From the NCBI GenBank assembly GCA_040767965.1, contig JAXGNR010000007.1:1-64000 (forward strand): a stretch of 64,000 nt of DNA, given 5' to 3'. Origin of the DNA: Atribacterota bacterium (GTDB lineage: Bacteria; Atribacterota; Phoenicimicrobiia; Phoenicimicrobiales; Stramentimicrobiaceae). The translations under genes were made by a program, and so were the position numbers. The notes under the pieces are model-generated. The model saw only the letters and a list, made by a program, of their open reading frames with translations. It did not search any database and was not told the DNA's origin. Below, one piece after another: positions 1 through 10,238 of this stretch. Each line of letters begins with the position of its first letter. Within the stretch, counting starts at the first letter, position 1.

Positions 1-102
1 TCCGGTAGAAGCAATAAAAGCAATCACCTCATCAACTACCTGGTACAATTTTTCTTCAGAAACATAAGGCAGTACCTGTAACCCTAAATTTATTTTAGCC
101 AT
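1..102 (-). CDS. Thiamine-binding protein (Thiamine_BP/MTH1187/YkoF-like), 5' part only; runs off the window edge
   Basis: Manual translation from ATG at 102: MAKINLGLQVLPYVSEEKLYQVVDEVIAFIASTG; SD GGAGGT at 107-112; lies downstream of a TPP riboswitch. Confidence 0.8.
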   Translation of the reverse strand, partial: MAKINLGLQVLPYVSEEKLYQVVDEVIAFIASTG

Positions 103-121
103 AAATACCTCCATGATATAT

Positions 122-155
122 AAAAAAATGCCATTACCTGAACTGGTAATGGCAT
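122..155 (-). terminator. Intrinsic terminator in the TPP riboswitch expression platform
   Basis: Minus strand ATGCCATTACC-AGTTCA-GGTAATGGCAT followed by a T-tract, between the aptamer and the start codon. Confidence 0.8.
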
Positions 156-180
156 ATGAATTAACCAAAATTAATATGTG

Positions 181-266
181 GTTACTTCCCTACGCTAGAA
201 TTATCTAGTTCAGGTTAAGGGGTCAAAGCAGAATGCTTTTTCTCAGCACGTAGCTCCCCCAGTAAC
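181..266 (-). ncRNA. TPP (THI-box) riboswitch
   Basis: Minus strand GTTACTGGGGGAGC...GCTGAGA...GACCCCTTAACCTGAACTAGATAATTCTAGCGTAGGGAAGTAAC contains the conserved CTGAGA, ACCTGA and AGCGTAGGGAAG elements, with P1 GTTACT/AGTAAC. Confidence 0.95.
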
Positions 267-282
267 GTTTTTCCTTGATTTT

Positions 283-310
283 ATTATAACATTATTTTTT
301 CCTTTGTAAA
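283..310 (-). promoter_or_regulatory. Putative sigma70/SigA promoter of the TPP leader
   Basis: TTTACA-16 nt-TATAAT with TG extension, just upstream of the riboswitch. Confidence 0.55.
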
Positions 311-351
311 GCTGAAAAGTCACCGGCTTATTTGTATATTAAAAATATAAC

Positions 352-2174
352 TCATTCCAGTTTTAATTCCAGTAATTTATCTTTTGTAGGAATTCCTTGT
401 TGGTCCCATTGCCTTATCTGGTAATACTCTGTCAGCATATGATCCAAATCTGGTAATACTCCTGCTGCTAAACCATCATTTCTGGCTAATTCTAACAACC
501 TCGGCGGTATAGTATCATCCTTCCTGCTAATACCTAACTTGATATTATACATCCGCTTAAGATTATGCAATCTTTCACCTATCTTTAACAGTTCTTCTTT
601 GCTCAAATTCCAACCTGTTACCATATTTACCCAGTCAGCAACTGTTTCAGGTCCAACTCTGCCAGCAAGCAAAAACTTACATAACCCTAAAGCATTGAAA
701 ACATTCATAAAATTCTGTAGTTTCACTACCAGTTCTGCTTTCTGTGTGCTGGTATGAGGGTCTATTTTATTTTTTTCATCATACCCTAATTCTTTCATCG
801 GTAAACCGGATTCAACCATATAGCTTAAAGACTCTAAATGACAAGCTCCCCTATTGGCAGTTGCATAGCTTAAAGCCATACCGGTATAAGCTCGAGGATC
901 ATGCATGGGATATTCCAGTCCTTTTGTATGAATTGCATACTCCTTGCTCTCATCACCTAATAATTCTGACATGTATTTTACCCCTTGTCCTATCAATTTC
1001 CCCAGCTGAGTATTACTGGCTATTTGATTAATAATTGCAATATAGGCTTCTGGCTTACCCCAGGTTAAATCTATCCCAAAAAGATTTTCATTCTTTAAAA
1101 TATTTTTTTCAGATGCTTCGATAGCAAAGGCAATTGCAACTCCTAAAGAAATTGTATCTATACCATAACGATTGCATAAATCATTCATCATTACTATGCT
1201 ATCCAGATCTTCATTTAACAGGAGTGAACCAAAGGCGCTTAAAGTTTCATACTCGGGACCATGGACTACTTTTTTATTAAAAAATACTTCTTTCCCGCAG
1301 GAAATAGGACATGCATAGCAAGCATAATGTTTTTTGAAAATTGTATCAGCAATCACCTGCCCGGTTGTTTTCCCTGCAGCAGACCAACGGCTTTGTGCGA
1401 AATTTTTTATTGGTAAATCACCTGTTAATTCCCTTGCTTCAACTGATCCACCTGTACCATAATCATGCAGAACCTTCTGGTAAATTTTTTGATTAAAGGG
1501 TTAAGTTCACGAAGATTGTTTTTCAAAGCAATTTGATTTGAAATCGGAATTGATTGCTGACTTATCTGTACAGCAATAGCTTTAAGGTTTTTAGAGCCCA
1601 TTACGGCCCCTAGTCCTCCTCTTCCAGCTAGTCGATAATGAGGGGCATCAAAGACAATAGCAGCCATAGGAATCAAATTCTCACCTGCCTGTCCAATTGA
1701 AGCTATTTGCACTTGCGGATAAATATTTTTTATTAATTCAGATGTATCGTAAGTATCCAATCCCCAAATATGTTCAGCGTTTTGAAATTCTATTTTCTGA
1801 GAATTAATATATAAATATTCTGGTTTATTTGCTTTACCTTTAATTATAATTCCTTCCCAGCCATTCTTTTTTAACATGGCTCCCCATTTGCCGCCTACAG
1901 TAGCCTCATTCCAGATTCCAGTCAAGGGAGAACGGCCACAGACTGAAGTTTTGCTGGCAGTAGGAATTGATGTTCCTGTCAATAAGCCAGGAATTAATAA
2001 AAGAGGGTTATCTGGATGTAAAGGAGAAACAGAAGGATTCAAGATATCATAAAGATATTTGATGGCTATACCGCTTCCCCCTAAATATTCTTTAAATTCA
2101 TCATCAGGCACCATTATTTCTCTGTACTGATGATTTGTAAGGTTTATTTCTAAAAATTTCCTCTTTATGGTCAT
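352..2174 (-). pseudogene. aor: Aldehyde:ferredoxin oxidoreductase (W/Mo AOR family), split by one frameshift near 1470-1491 (real lesion or sequencing error)
   Basis: ORF 1425-2174 is the AOR N-domain (SPLTG, GRGGLGAVMGSKNLKAI); ORF 352-1356 is the C-domain (CYACPISC, GPEYET, GIDTIS, HDPR, RGACH); the linker VLHDYGTGGSVE...GDLPIKNF continues in the shifted frame. Confidence 0.85.
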
Positions 2175-2218
2175 TTTTATACTCCTTCACTTTTTTGTAT
2201 TTTTAAAAATACAATTGA

Positions 2219-3379
2219 TTAAAGAGATCTTTTATAAATATCAATAATATCTTCTTTTGTTGGTTTTCTAAATGTATTATTAGGACTACCACTTTTCATG
2301 GCATCAGAGGCCATTTTTTCCAATTTATCTAGAAAATCTTCTTTTTTTATCCCTAATCCGGCAATAGTGGGAATTTTTACTTCCTGGCATAATTTTTTAA
2401 TCAGGAAAACGGCTTGCCGGGCAGCTGCGATAGGAGATAAATTATTTGTATTTGCTCCCATAGTTTCTGCAACCTTTGCAAATCTATCAGGAACCCCTGA
2501 TATAGCAAATTCCATGCAGGCAGGTAAAAGAACAGCATTTGAAATACCATGAGGTATATGAAATAAAGCACCAACAGGCCTGGACATTCCATGAACTATG
2601 GTTACAGACGAATTGCTAAACGCAAGCCCTGCCTCTAAGGCAGCTAACATCATTTCGCTTCTTGCTTCTTTATCATCTCCATCCAGCCAGGCCCTTTTCA
2701 GGTACTGGTTAATTCTTTTTATAGCCGATAAAGCAAAAATATCAGTTATTGGCTGATTCTTAATTGAAGTATAAGCCTCCACAGCATGGGTTAATGCATC
2801 AACACCTGTCGCGGCAGTTATTTGAGGTGGGAGAGAAACAGTAAAAATGGAATCATCAATAGCAACATCCGGCACCAGATATTCACTACCAATTAGCATT
2901 TTCACCTGATTTTCTGTATCAGTAATAATGGTAAATTGAGTTGCTTCTGAACCAGTTCCGGCAGTTGTGGGGATAGCAATCAATGGAGAGCCTTTTTTTA
3001 TTATTTTCCCTATTCCCATGTAATCGTTAATATTCCCGGGATTATTTATCATTACGCTGATGGCTTTCGCAGTATCTATCGGGCTTCCACCTCCTAAAGC
3101 AATTAAAAAATCACAATCGTAATTATTAAATGATTGAATTCCTTTTTGCACATGAATATCTGTTGGTTCTGAATCTATCTCGTTAAAAATATACTGATTA
3201 ATGTTCTGCTTCTTTAAAATATTTAATAATTTGTCTACATAACCTTTTTCCACCATCACATTATCTGTCACTATCAATGCTTTTTTGCCAATATTGAATG
3301 CCTTATTGAAATATACTTCCAAAGAACCTAATCCATAGTAAATGGACTTGGGTGATAAAAATTTATAGTTATTAAACAT
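2219..3379 (-). CDS. Iron-containing alcohol dehydrogenase
   Basis: GGGSPID, PTTAGTGSE, DALTHAVE, HGMS/HG motifs; start moved to ATG at 3379 behind SD GGAGGT. Confidence 0.92.
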   Translation of the reverse strand: MFNNYKFLSPKSIYYGLGSLEVYFNKAFNIGKKALIVTDNVMVEKGYVDKLLNILKKQNINQYIFNEIDSEPTDIHVQKGIQSFNNYDCDFLIALGGGSPIDTAKAISVMINNPGNINDYMGIGKIIKKGSPLIAIPTTAGTGSEATQFTIITDTENQVKMLIGSEYLVPDVAIDDSIFTVSLPPQITAATGVDALTHAVEAYTSIKNQPITDIFALSAIKRINQYLKRAWLDGDDKEARSEMMLAALEAGLAFSNSSVTIVHGMSRPVGALFHIPHGISNAVLLPACMEFAISGVPDRFAKVAETMGANTNNLSPIAAARQAVFLIKKLCQEVKIPTIAGLGIKKEDFLDKLEKMASDAMKSGSPNNTFRKPTKEDIIDIYKRSL

Positions 3380-3690
3380 CCAGACCTCCATTCTAAATTA
3401 TAATATTAAATCTTTATTTAAAATTACTTTACTTTCTTTTTTCAAAATGTTCCAATTTAAGGATATGCATCTTATTTCCATAATTAATATATTATAAATT
3501 ATTGCATATTAAGGCCATAAATTCTATTTTTAAATTAACATAATTTTTTAGTAATCATTTCTTTCATTTATAATAGAGATAATCTGTTTAATTTTCTGCA
3601 AAAACTTTATTGTATAAAATGTTTTTATTATTTGAAAAAGATTATTTTATAGACTATTATTTATATACAAAATAAGATTGAAGGATTTTT

Positions 3691-4338
3691 ATGGATAGCT
3701 TAATAAAAACAATTATAATTATTGGCAACGGTAATGATTGGGATGCTAAAAAATTTGTCAGTTATTGCCAGCAAGCTGATTATATTATAGCTGCTGATAA
3801 TGGGCTATCTCTGCTTGATCGATTTCAATTCATTCCTGATTTAATAGTAGGAGATTTGGATAGTGCACCCAAAGCTCTTTTGGACAAGTACAAACATATT
3901 CCTGCTGAAAAACACCCCGTCAAAAAAGATTTTAGTGATTCAGAGCTAAGCATAAAAAAAGCAATCAGTATTCAGCCAGAAGAAATAATCCTCCTGGCTA
4001 TGACCGGAAATTATTTTGATCATAGTTATGCTAATATATTAAACCTCTTTAGAAATTATCAAAAAGGCATTCTCATGAAAATAATTACCTCAAATTCAAT
4101 GATTTTTCCTATTGTAGAAAAAACAATTTTATACAACTTGAAAGGACGAAGATTTTCTTTATTCCCGATTGAATCAATTAGAAACATCTCTTTAAAAGGC
4201 TCTTTATATCAATTTATGAAAAAAGATTTGCAGATTACTGATTACAGTATCAGCAATGTAATAGTTGATAAAAAATTGGAAATAGAATTTGATAAGGGAA
4301 AACTTTTCTGTGTACTATTTGATGATGGCTTTCAATAG
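3691..4338 (+). CDS. thiN: Thiamine diphosphokinase
   Basis: AADNG, GDLDS, KDFSDSE, DH motifs; 215 aa. Confidence 0.88.
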   Translation: MDSLIKTIIIIGNGNDWDAKKFVSYCQQADYIIAADNGLSLLDRFQFIPDLIVGDLDSAPKALLDKYKHIPAEKHPVKKDFSDSELSIKKAISIQPEEIILLAMTGNYFDHSYANILNLFRNYQKGILMKIITSNSMIFPIVEKTILYNLKGRRFSLFPIESIRNISLKGSLYQFMKKDLQITDYSISNVIVDKKLEIEFDKGKLFCVLFDDGFQ

Positions 4339-4357
4339 AAAAACAAAGGCAAATACA

Positions 4358-4399
4358 AATAAAGCCACAGCAGCTTGGAAAAACCACTATGGCTTTATT
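4358..4399. terminator. Probable bidirectional terminator between convergent thiN and aminotransferase
   Basis: AATAAAGCCACAG...CTATGGCTTTATT inverted repeat. Confidence 0.55.
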
Positions 4400-4426
4400 A
4401 TTTCTTCTTTTATTAATTAATATTAA

Positions 4427-5614
4427 TTATTTTTCAACGGCTTTTTTAATTCTTTTTACACCTTCAATTATGTTCTCTCTTGATGTGGCATATGACAATC
4501 TTACATATTCCTGATTTTCTTCCTGGTTCTTTTTACCAAAACAGGTTCTTCCCAGCACTGCTACTCCTGCTTCATATAATAAATATTGCTGCAACTCCTT
4601 GGAATCTTTTAAGTTAAGCTTTTTACAGGCTTGAGTAACATTTGGAAATACATAAAATGCACCACCCGGATTTTTGCAGGAGATACCATCAATATCATTT
4701 AAAGCCTGGACTATAATTTCTCTTCTAGAATTAAATTCCTGAATCATTTTTAATGAATCATCTTGCGGTCCTTCCAAGGCTTCAATTCCAGCCATCTGGG
4801 CAAAAGTTGCAGTACAAGAAACTGAATTGGTTTCCAGCCTGGTAAAATGAGTAGCTAGTTCTTTATTCATTACGCCAAACCCCAGTCTCCATCCGGTCAT
4901 GGCATATGTTTTAGAAAATCCGTCTAATAATATTGTTCTTTCTTTCATTCCCGGTAATGACGTGATACTTTTAAATTCTCCGTCATAAACCATATTGCAG
5001 TATATTTCATCGGAAAAAACCCAGATATTGTTTTCAACTGCTATATCGGCAATAGCTTGTAAATCTTCTTGAGTTAAAACGCCTCCAGTTGGATTTTGAG
5101 GAGAATTAATTATAATCATTTTTGTTTTATTGGATATTTTTTTCTTCAAGTCATTGATATCAAATCGAAAATCTTTTTCTTCCAGCAAAGGTAAAGGCAC
5201 TGCCTTTGCTCCTACAAAATTGATAACAGATTCATAGATAGGGAAACCTGGATTAGGATATATTACTTCATCGCCCTCGTTGGCACAAGCTAAAATACCA
5301 AAAAATATAATTGGTTTTGCACCTGGAGTTACTACTACTTCTTCAGGGTTCACTTCTATATTTCGTGTTTTGGAAATATAACGGGAAATACTTTCCCTTA
5401 AGGGCAATATTCCTGCTGATGGTCCATAATGCGTGTATCCATCCTGTAATGCTTTGATCCCTGCTTTTGTAATGTTTGAGGGAGTATCAAAATCTGGTTC
5501 TCCAATTGCAAAGCTTATTATGTCCTTTCCTTTTGCCTTTAATTTATTGACCTCAGCCAATACTTCAAAGGCTGTTTCTGTTCCCAAATTATTCATTCGA
5601 TTGGCAATCTGCAT
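4427..5614 (-). CDS. PLP-dependent aminotransferase class I/II (aspartate aminotransferase-like)
   Basis: GEPDF, NSPQNPTG, SDEIY, GFSKTYAMTGWRLG. Confidence 0.92.
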   Translation of the reverse strand: MQIANRMNNLGTETAFEVLAEVNKLKAKGKDIISFAIGEPDFDTPSNITKAGIKALQDGYTHYGPSAGILPLRESISRYISKTRNIEVNPEEVVVTPGAKPIIFFGILACANEGDEVIYPNPGFPIYESVINFVGAKAVPLPLLEEKDFRFDINDLKKKISNKTKMIIINSPQNPTGGVLTQEDLQAIADIAVENNIWVFSDEIYCNMVYDGEFKSITSLPGMKERTILLDGFSKTYAMTGWRLGFGVMNKELATHFTRLETNSVSCTATFAQMAGIEALEGPQDDSLKMIQEFNSRREIIVQALNDIDGISCKNPGGAFYVFPNVTQACKKLNLKDSKELQQYLLYEAGVAVLGRTCFGKKNQEENQEYVRLSYATSRENIIEGVKRIKKAVEK

Positions 5615-5675
5615 TTAAAAGCACCTCCTAAATTATTTTTATTTTTGTAATATCAAAGAAATATCCTTAAATAAC

Positions 5676-6491
5676 TTATCTTGATATTTTTCTGGATTTT
5701 TTGGTAGCTTTCTCGATGGCCCTAATGAGGGATGCTCTAAATTTTCCATCTTCCAGCTCCATTAAGCCATCAACTGTAACTCCAGCCGGTGTTGTAATTT
5801 CATCTTTTAATACAGCAGGGTGCATTCCAGTATGCAAAATCATTTTTGCCCCTCCTAATACTGATTGGGCTGCAAGAATTCTTGCTAATTTTCTGGGCAA
5901 TCCCATTCTTACTCCACCATCTGTCAAAGATTCAATCATTGTATAGCTATAAGCAGGTCCACCACCTGCGAGAGCTGTTACTACATCCATAAGATTTTCT
6001 TTATAGATAATTTCAACCCTGCCTATAGCCTGGAATATTTTTGAAATTAATTCCAATTGCTCTTTTTCCACAAAGCTGCCAGAGCACAATACAGTCATTC
6101 CTTCATTTATTAAAGATGCAGTGTTGGTCATAGCTCTGATTACCGGTACAGGTTCTTTTAACTGATCTTCTATAAAACTGGTACTGATTGCTGCTATTAC
6201 AGATACTATTATTTTATTTTTATTTAATGCTGGTTTTAATTGTTCCAAGACTTTTTCTATTAATTGCGGTTCAACTGTTAAAATAATTATTTCGCTTTTT
6301 TTCACAGCCATAAGATTATCAGTTCCTGTTTCTATTTGATATTTTTCTTTAACCCTGGATGAGGTTTCTTTGCAGGATGTTGTTCCGAAAATATCCTCTC
6401 TATCCATAACAGCATTATTAATCAAGCTGCTTACTATAGCTCCCCCCATTTTACCTACACCAATAACCGAAATCTTTTTATTTATTTTCAT
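5676..6491 (-). CDS. proC: Pyrroline-5-carboxylate reductase
   Basis: GVGKMG, RAMTN, TALAGGGPAY, TTPAGVT motifs. Confidence 0.92.
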   Translation of the reverse strand: MKINKKISVIGVGKMGGAIVSSLINNAVMDREDIFGTTSCKETSSRVKEKYQIETGTDNLMAVKKSEIIILTVEPQLIEKVLEQLKPALNKNKIIVSVIAAISTSFIEDQLKEPVPVIRAMTNTASLINEGMTVLCSGSFVEKEQLELISKIFQAIGRVEIIYKENLMDVVTALAGGGPAYSYTMIESLTDGGVRMGLPRKLARILAAQSVLGGAKMILHTGMHPAVLKDEITTPAGVTVDGLMELEDGKFRASLIRAIEKATKKSRKISR

Positions 6492-6594
6492 TGATAAAAA
6501 ACCTTTTTCTTTTATAATTTCATTTGCTAAAAAATTCTAAATTAGTTTATGCAATAATAATTTAAAGATTACAATATTGTCAAGTTAAACAATA

Positions 6595-7014
6595 TTAAAC
6601 CCATCCTCTTTTTTTCTTTTCAACAGCGATAAATTTGTCCAGAATTTCTGCACCTTTTAAAATAACATCATAACATTTTTTTTCTTCAGTGCGATATTCA
6701 TCTTTTAATGGTTTGCAATCAAAGTTACCTAATTCTTCCTGGAAAATTTTAAATAATTCTTTACACATTTCTTTTATTTCCGGGTTTTGATGGGCAACAT
6801 TCTCAACAAATAAATGGCTTATTACCATCAGAGACCCGGTTACAACTCCGCACACATTCTCTGTTCCCATTCCTCCACCAAAAGCAGCAGCCAGTCTCAA
6901 ACAGTCTTTCGATAAACCCAATTTATAAACTTTATTAGAACCATATAAAATAGTTTCTGCACAATTTAAATCTTCTTCTTTTCCAAACCCCTGTTCAATC
7001 AAGTCTTTTAACAA
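6595..7014 (-). CDS. C-GCAxxG-C-C family putative redox protein
   Basis: NCAE, FGGGMG..CGVVTG and two later Cys; TTG start with GGAG SD. Confidence 0.8.
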   Translation of the reverse strand: MLKDLIEQGFGKEEDLNCAETILYGSNKVYKLGLSKDCLRLAAAFGGGMGTENVCGVVTGSLMVISHLFVENVAHQNPEIKEMCKELFKIFQEELGNFDCKPLKDEYRTEEKKCYDVILKGAEILDKFIAVEKKKRGWV

Positions 7015-7173
7015 AATACCCTCCTGAAATTATAATTTAAAAAGTATAAGTATATATTACAAATATTCCTTATAAGTTATCTTTTCCTTTTTGTTGTATT
7101 ACTGTGTTAAAATTTTTAAATCTCCTGAGTATTCTATATATTGAATACCGTTCACTATTTCTTATTTTTATAG

Positions 7174-8535
7174 TCAATCTTTTTTAATATCTTTTAATTC
7201 ATATAATAATTGTGCCGAAGAATGAATCCCTTTCATATAATCATCCAGAGTGATATTTTCATTAGGAGAATGATTTGCTTCATCTGCATTGGCATATGGC
7301 ACAATTAAGGAAGGAATTTTTAAAATATTTGTCCAAACATAATCTGGTACACTTCCTCCCATTGCCGGTATTAATATGGGTTTTAGTTCATGAGTTTTGC
7401 TTAAAGCCTGGATAACCGGTTTGCAGATTGGCAAGTCAGCAGCAGTGCGGGAAGGAGACATGTAACCATGATGAATAACTTTAATATTGGGATTATAGTT
7501 GAGTGCAAATTGTTTTATTTTGTTAAAAATATCAACAGGGTCTTGATTATAGACAAGTCTGACATCTAATTTAACAGAAGCATGTCCGGGAATTATTGTT
7601 TTTGGGCCAACTCCGGTATACCCGCTAAACAGACCATTAATGCTCATTACAGGTTCAAAAGATAATTTTTTATAAAAATCTCTCCTGTTGTAATTAATAT
7701 TATTTACCCCGAATATTTTAGCTAATTCTTCAGGATTATAAGGAATGCTATCAAGTAAATTAAGTTCGTACTTGCTTGGAGGTGTTATATTATCATAAAA
7801 ACCATCTATTATTATTTTTCCTTCTTTGTTCATTATTCCTGACAACAGGTTTACTAATTCCCAGGCAGCATTAGGTATAACTCCTCCTTTGTTTCCTGAA
7901 TGGTTATCAAATTTGGCAGTCTCAAGATGCATTTCTATGTTTAAAAGACCTCGCACTCCAAAATAAACAACTGGAGCTCCGCTATCATGTTTTCCTCCAT
8001 CCGAGGTGTAAGCTAGATCAGCTGAAAGCATTTCTCTGTAGTTTTCTACAAATTCAGATAATGATTTGCTGCCACTTTCCTCTTCTCCCTCAAGCACAAT
8101 CTTAACATTAACCGGCACTTCTTTTTCTATTTCTAAAAAAGATTTTATTGCCAGGATATGTGCCAGGAACTGACCTTTGTTATCCCCGCTTCCTCTCCCA
8201 TAAAGACGGTTATTTAAAATTGTAGGTTCAAAAGGAGGTGTATTCCATTCTTCCAGGGAACCTTCTGGCTGAACATCATAGTGACCATAAAAAAGTATTG
8301 TTATTGCATTTGTATTCTTGGTTAGTAATTCTCCAAAAATTACAGGATTGGTTTTTGTTTCAATTATTCTGGTATTGATGCCAACTTTTTTCATAATATT
8401 GCTTACCATCTGGGAACATTCCCTGATACCTGTATTCTGAGCGCTGATACTTGGTTGAGCTACCAGTTCTTTTAATAAAACAATACTTTCTTCTTTATTC
8501 TTTTCTATATTGGAATGAATACTCTCAATATTCAC
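7174..8535 (-). CDS. M20/M25/M40 family metallopeptidase/amidohydrolase
   Basis: YGHYDVQP, GRGSGDNKGQ, GEEESGS, HSG, HSPNE. Confidence 0.9.
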   Translation of the reverse strand: MNIESIHSNIEKNKEESIVLLKELVAQPSISAQNTGIRECSQMVSNIMKKVGINTRIIETKTNPVIFGELLTKNTNAITILFYGHYDVQPEGSLEEWNTPPFEPTILNNRLYGRGSGDNKGQFLAHILAIKSFLEIEKEVPVNVKIVLEGEEESGSKSLSEFVENYREMLSADLAYTSDGGKHDSGAPVVYFGVRGLLNIEMHLETAKFDNHSGNKGGVIPNAAWELVNLLSGIMNKEGKIIIDGFYDNITPPSKYELNLLDSIPYNPEELAKIFGVNNINYNRRDFYKKLSFEPVMSINGLFSGYTGVGPKTIIPGHASVKLDVRLVYNQDPVDIFNKIKQFALNYNPNIKVIHHGYMSPSRTAADLPICKPVIQALSKTHELKPILIPAMGGSVPDYVWTNILKIPSLIVPYANADEANHSPNENITLDDYMKGIHSSAQLLYELKDIKKD

Positions 8536-8605
8536 AATATTACCTCCTTTTATTCTTTTTTACATTCAAAAGTTAAATATTTAACTTTAAATGTTAATCC
8601 ATAAA

Positions 8606-8644
8606 AATTAATCCCTTGTAATCTTTCTATACAAGGGATTAATT
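8606..8644 (-). terminator. Stem-loop downstream of the LDH2 gene
   Basis: AATTAATCCCTTGTA...TACAAGGGATTAATT perfect 15-bp inverted repeat. Confidence 0.7.
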
Positions 8645-8702
8645 AAGTATTTATTGATATAAACAATATATATAATTAGTATTTACTTTTCTGTTTAACA
8701 AA

Positions 8703-9776
8703 TCATTCAGAAATAACTTCTGCTATATTGTTAATATCAACATTTAATTTACCAGCAATTTCAACAATATCTTGCCAGGTTTTTTCTTCAATAGCTATTC
8801 CCTCTTCTAGATTCTTTATCTTTCTCTTGTATTCTATTTCTCCCGGCATAAGCACTTCTTCAAAACCTTCGGCTGGTGGAGTATCTTTAATATGTACAAA
8901 AAGATGTTCCATTTCTTCTTTAAAGTTTTCTATGGTGGTAAATCTTTCAATATCCATAGCTAGTAAAAATAAACCCTGTCCTTTTTCGTGTATACCTTTC
9001 TGCATGGGTCTGTTACCACTTAAAACTCCTCCTAATATTTCTACTATCAAACCTAAGGCAAAACCTTTATGCGCTCCTTGGGACCCTCCGAAAGGCAACA
9101 AAACTCCTCCATTGTAAAGATCTTCTGGATTAGTAGTAGCTTTTCCTTCTTTATCTAAAATCCAACCTTCTGGAATCTGTTTATTTCTGTTTTTAGCTAC
9201 TCTAACTTTTCCTTCAGCAACCACACTGGTAGCCATGTCCATTAAAAACGGAAATTCTCTTTTACTAGGGCAGGCAAAGGTGATAGGATTTGTAGAAATT
9301 CTCCCTTTTGTCCCTCCGAAAGGAGCAACTGCCATAGCTGCTTCCTTAGCCCAGTTAACACAGGCTATTCCTATAGTATTATTTTCAGCTGCTAAAGTAG
9401 TATAAGCACCTAGCCTTCCGGTATGGTTAACATTTTTTACTGTAACACTACCAATGCCATATTTTTTTGCAAGCTGGACAGCTTTTTGCATGCCTTTGAC
9501 TCCGGCAACTGAACCTAAACCAAGATTAGCATCGATTAATACTACTCCATCCTGCTCCTTTAATATTGTATGCTCGGCATTTAAATTTAAAAGATCGCCT
9601 TGCTTGGAAGTCTTAAAATATTCTATTACCCTGATTACTCCATGGGAATCATGTCCAGCCAGATTGTTTTCTACTAAATGGTCAGACACAATTGCCGCTT
9701 CTTCCTCATTGGACCCCATTGCTAAAAATAATTTATCAACTAGTATTTTTAATGAATCTGCTTTGAATTTTTGCAT
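8703..9776 (-). CDS. Ldh_2 family (malate/L-lactate/ureidoglycolate/sulfolactate-type) oxidoreductase
   Basis: GHDSHG, HTGRLG, TNPI, DMATS, HKGFAL, PGE; start at 9776 behind SD AAGGAG. Confidence 0.9.
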   Translation of the reverse strand: MQKFKADSLKILVDKLFLAMGSNEEEAAIVSDHLVENNLAGHDSHGVIRVIEYFKTSKQGDLLNLNAEHTILKEQDGVVLIDANLGLGSVAGVKGMQKAVQLAKKYGIGSVTVKNVNHTGRLGAYTTLAAENNTIGIACVNWAKEAAMAVAPFGGTKGRISTNPITFACPSKREFPFLMDMATSVVAEGKVRVAKNRNKQIPEGWILDKEGKATTNPEDLYNGGVLLPFGGSQGAHKGFALGLIVEILGGVLSGNRPMQKGIHEKGQGLFLLAMDIERFTTIENFKEEMEHLFVHIKDTPPAEGFEEVLMPGEIEYKRKIKNLEEGIAIEEKTWQDIVEIAGKLNVDINNIAEVISE

Positions 9777-10238
9777 TAATTTCTCCTTTCTCATGCTATA
9801 AATGCTAATTTATTGTAATTTTTTATAAAATAGTCTGAATCCTCCTCTAATAAATTATAAGGAACTAAGCGTGCTTTTTCAACATGAATATTTGTTTAAT
9901 TTTAATTTTGGTTGTTTTAATCTTGTTAAATATTCAATTAGAAAAAAATGTTCATATTAAAGCTTTCTTAACTTCAAAAAGATAGATTAACTTTCTGAAT
10001 AATTAATCAGTATAAAATATAGATAATTGGAAAAATTTTTTCTAATTATTTTTATATCAAGCTCAGAATTTTGTTAATTTGGTTATTTTTATATTTTAAA
10101 ATGTTATAATTAATACTCAAATGTTTTTCAATTATAATCCTATTTTTATAAAAAAGGAAATATTTTGAATACTTATTGATATAATGATAAAATATTATCT
10201 AATTTAAAGAATTTTATTTAATTAAGCAGGAATTTTTT

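Noticed and set aside
1425-1500. Selenocysteine/pyrrolysine readthrough as the cause of the AOR split
   Set aside because: The two halves are in different frames and the first ends in TAA, so it is a frameshift, not stop-codon recoding
3502-3517. Possible sigma54 promoter (TGGC...TGCA) upstream of adh
   Set aside because: GG-to-GC spacing is 9 nt rather than the required 10
9795-10238. Long AT-rich intergenic region as possible ncRNA or origin
   Set aside because: No recognisable RNA motif, DnaA-box cluster or repeats; consistent with divergent promoters
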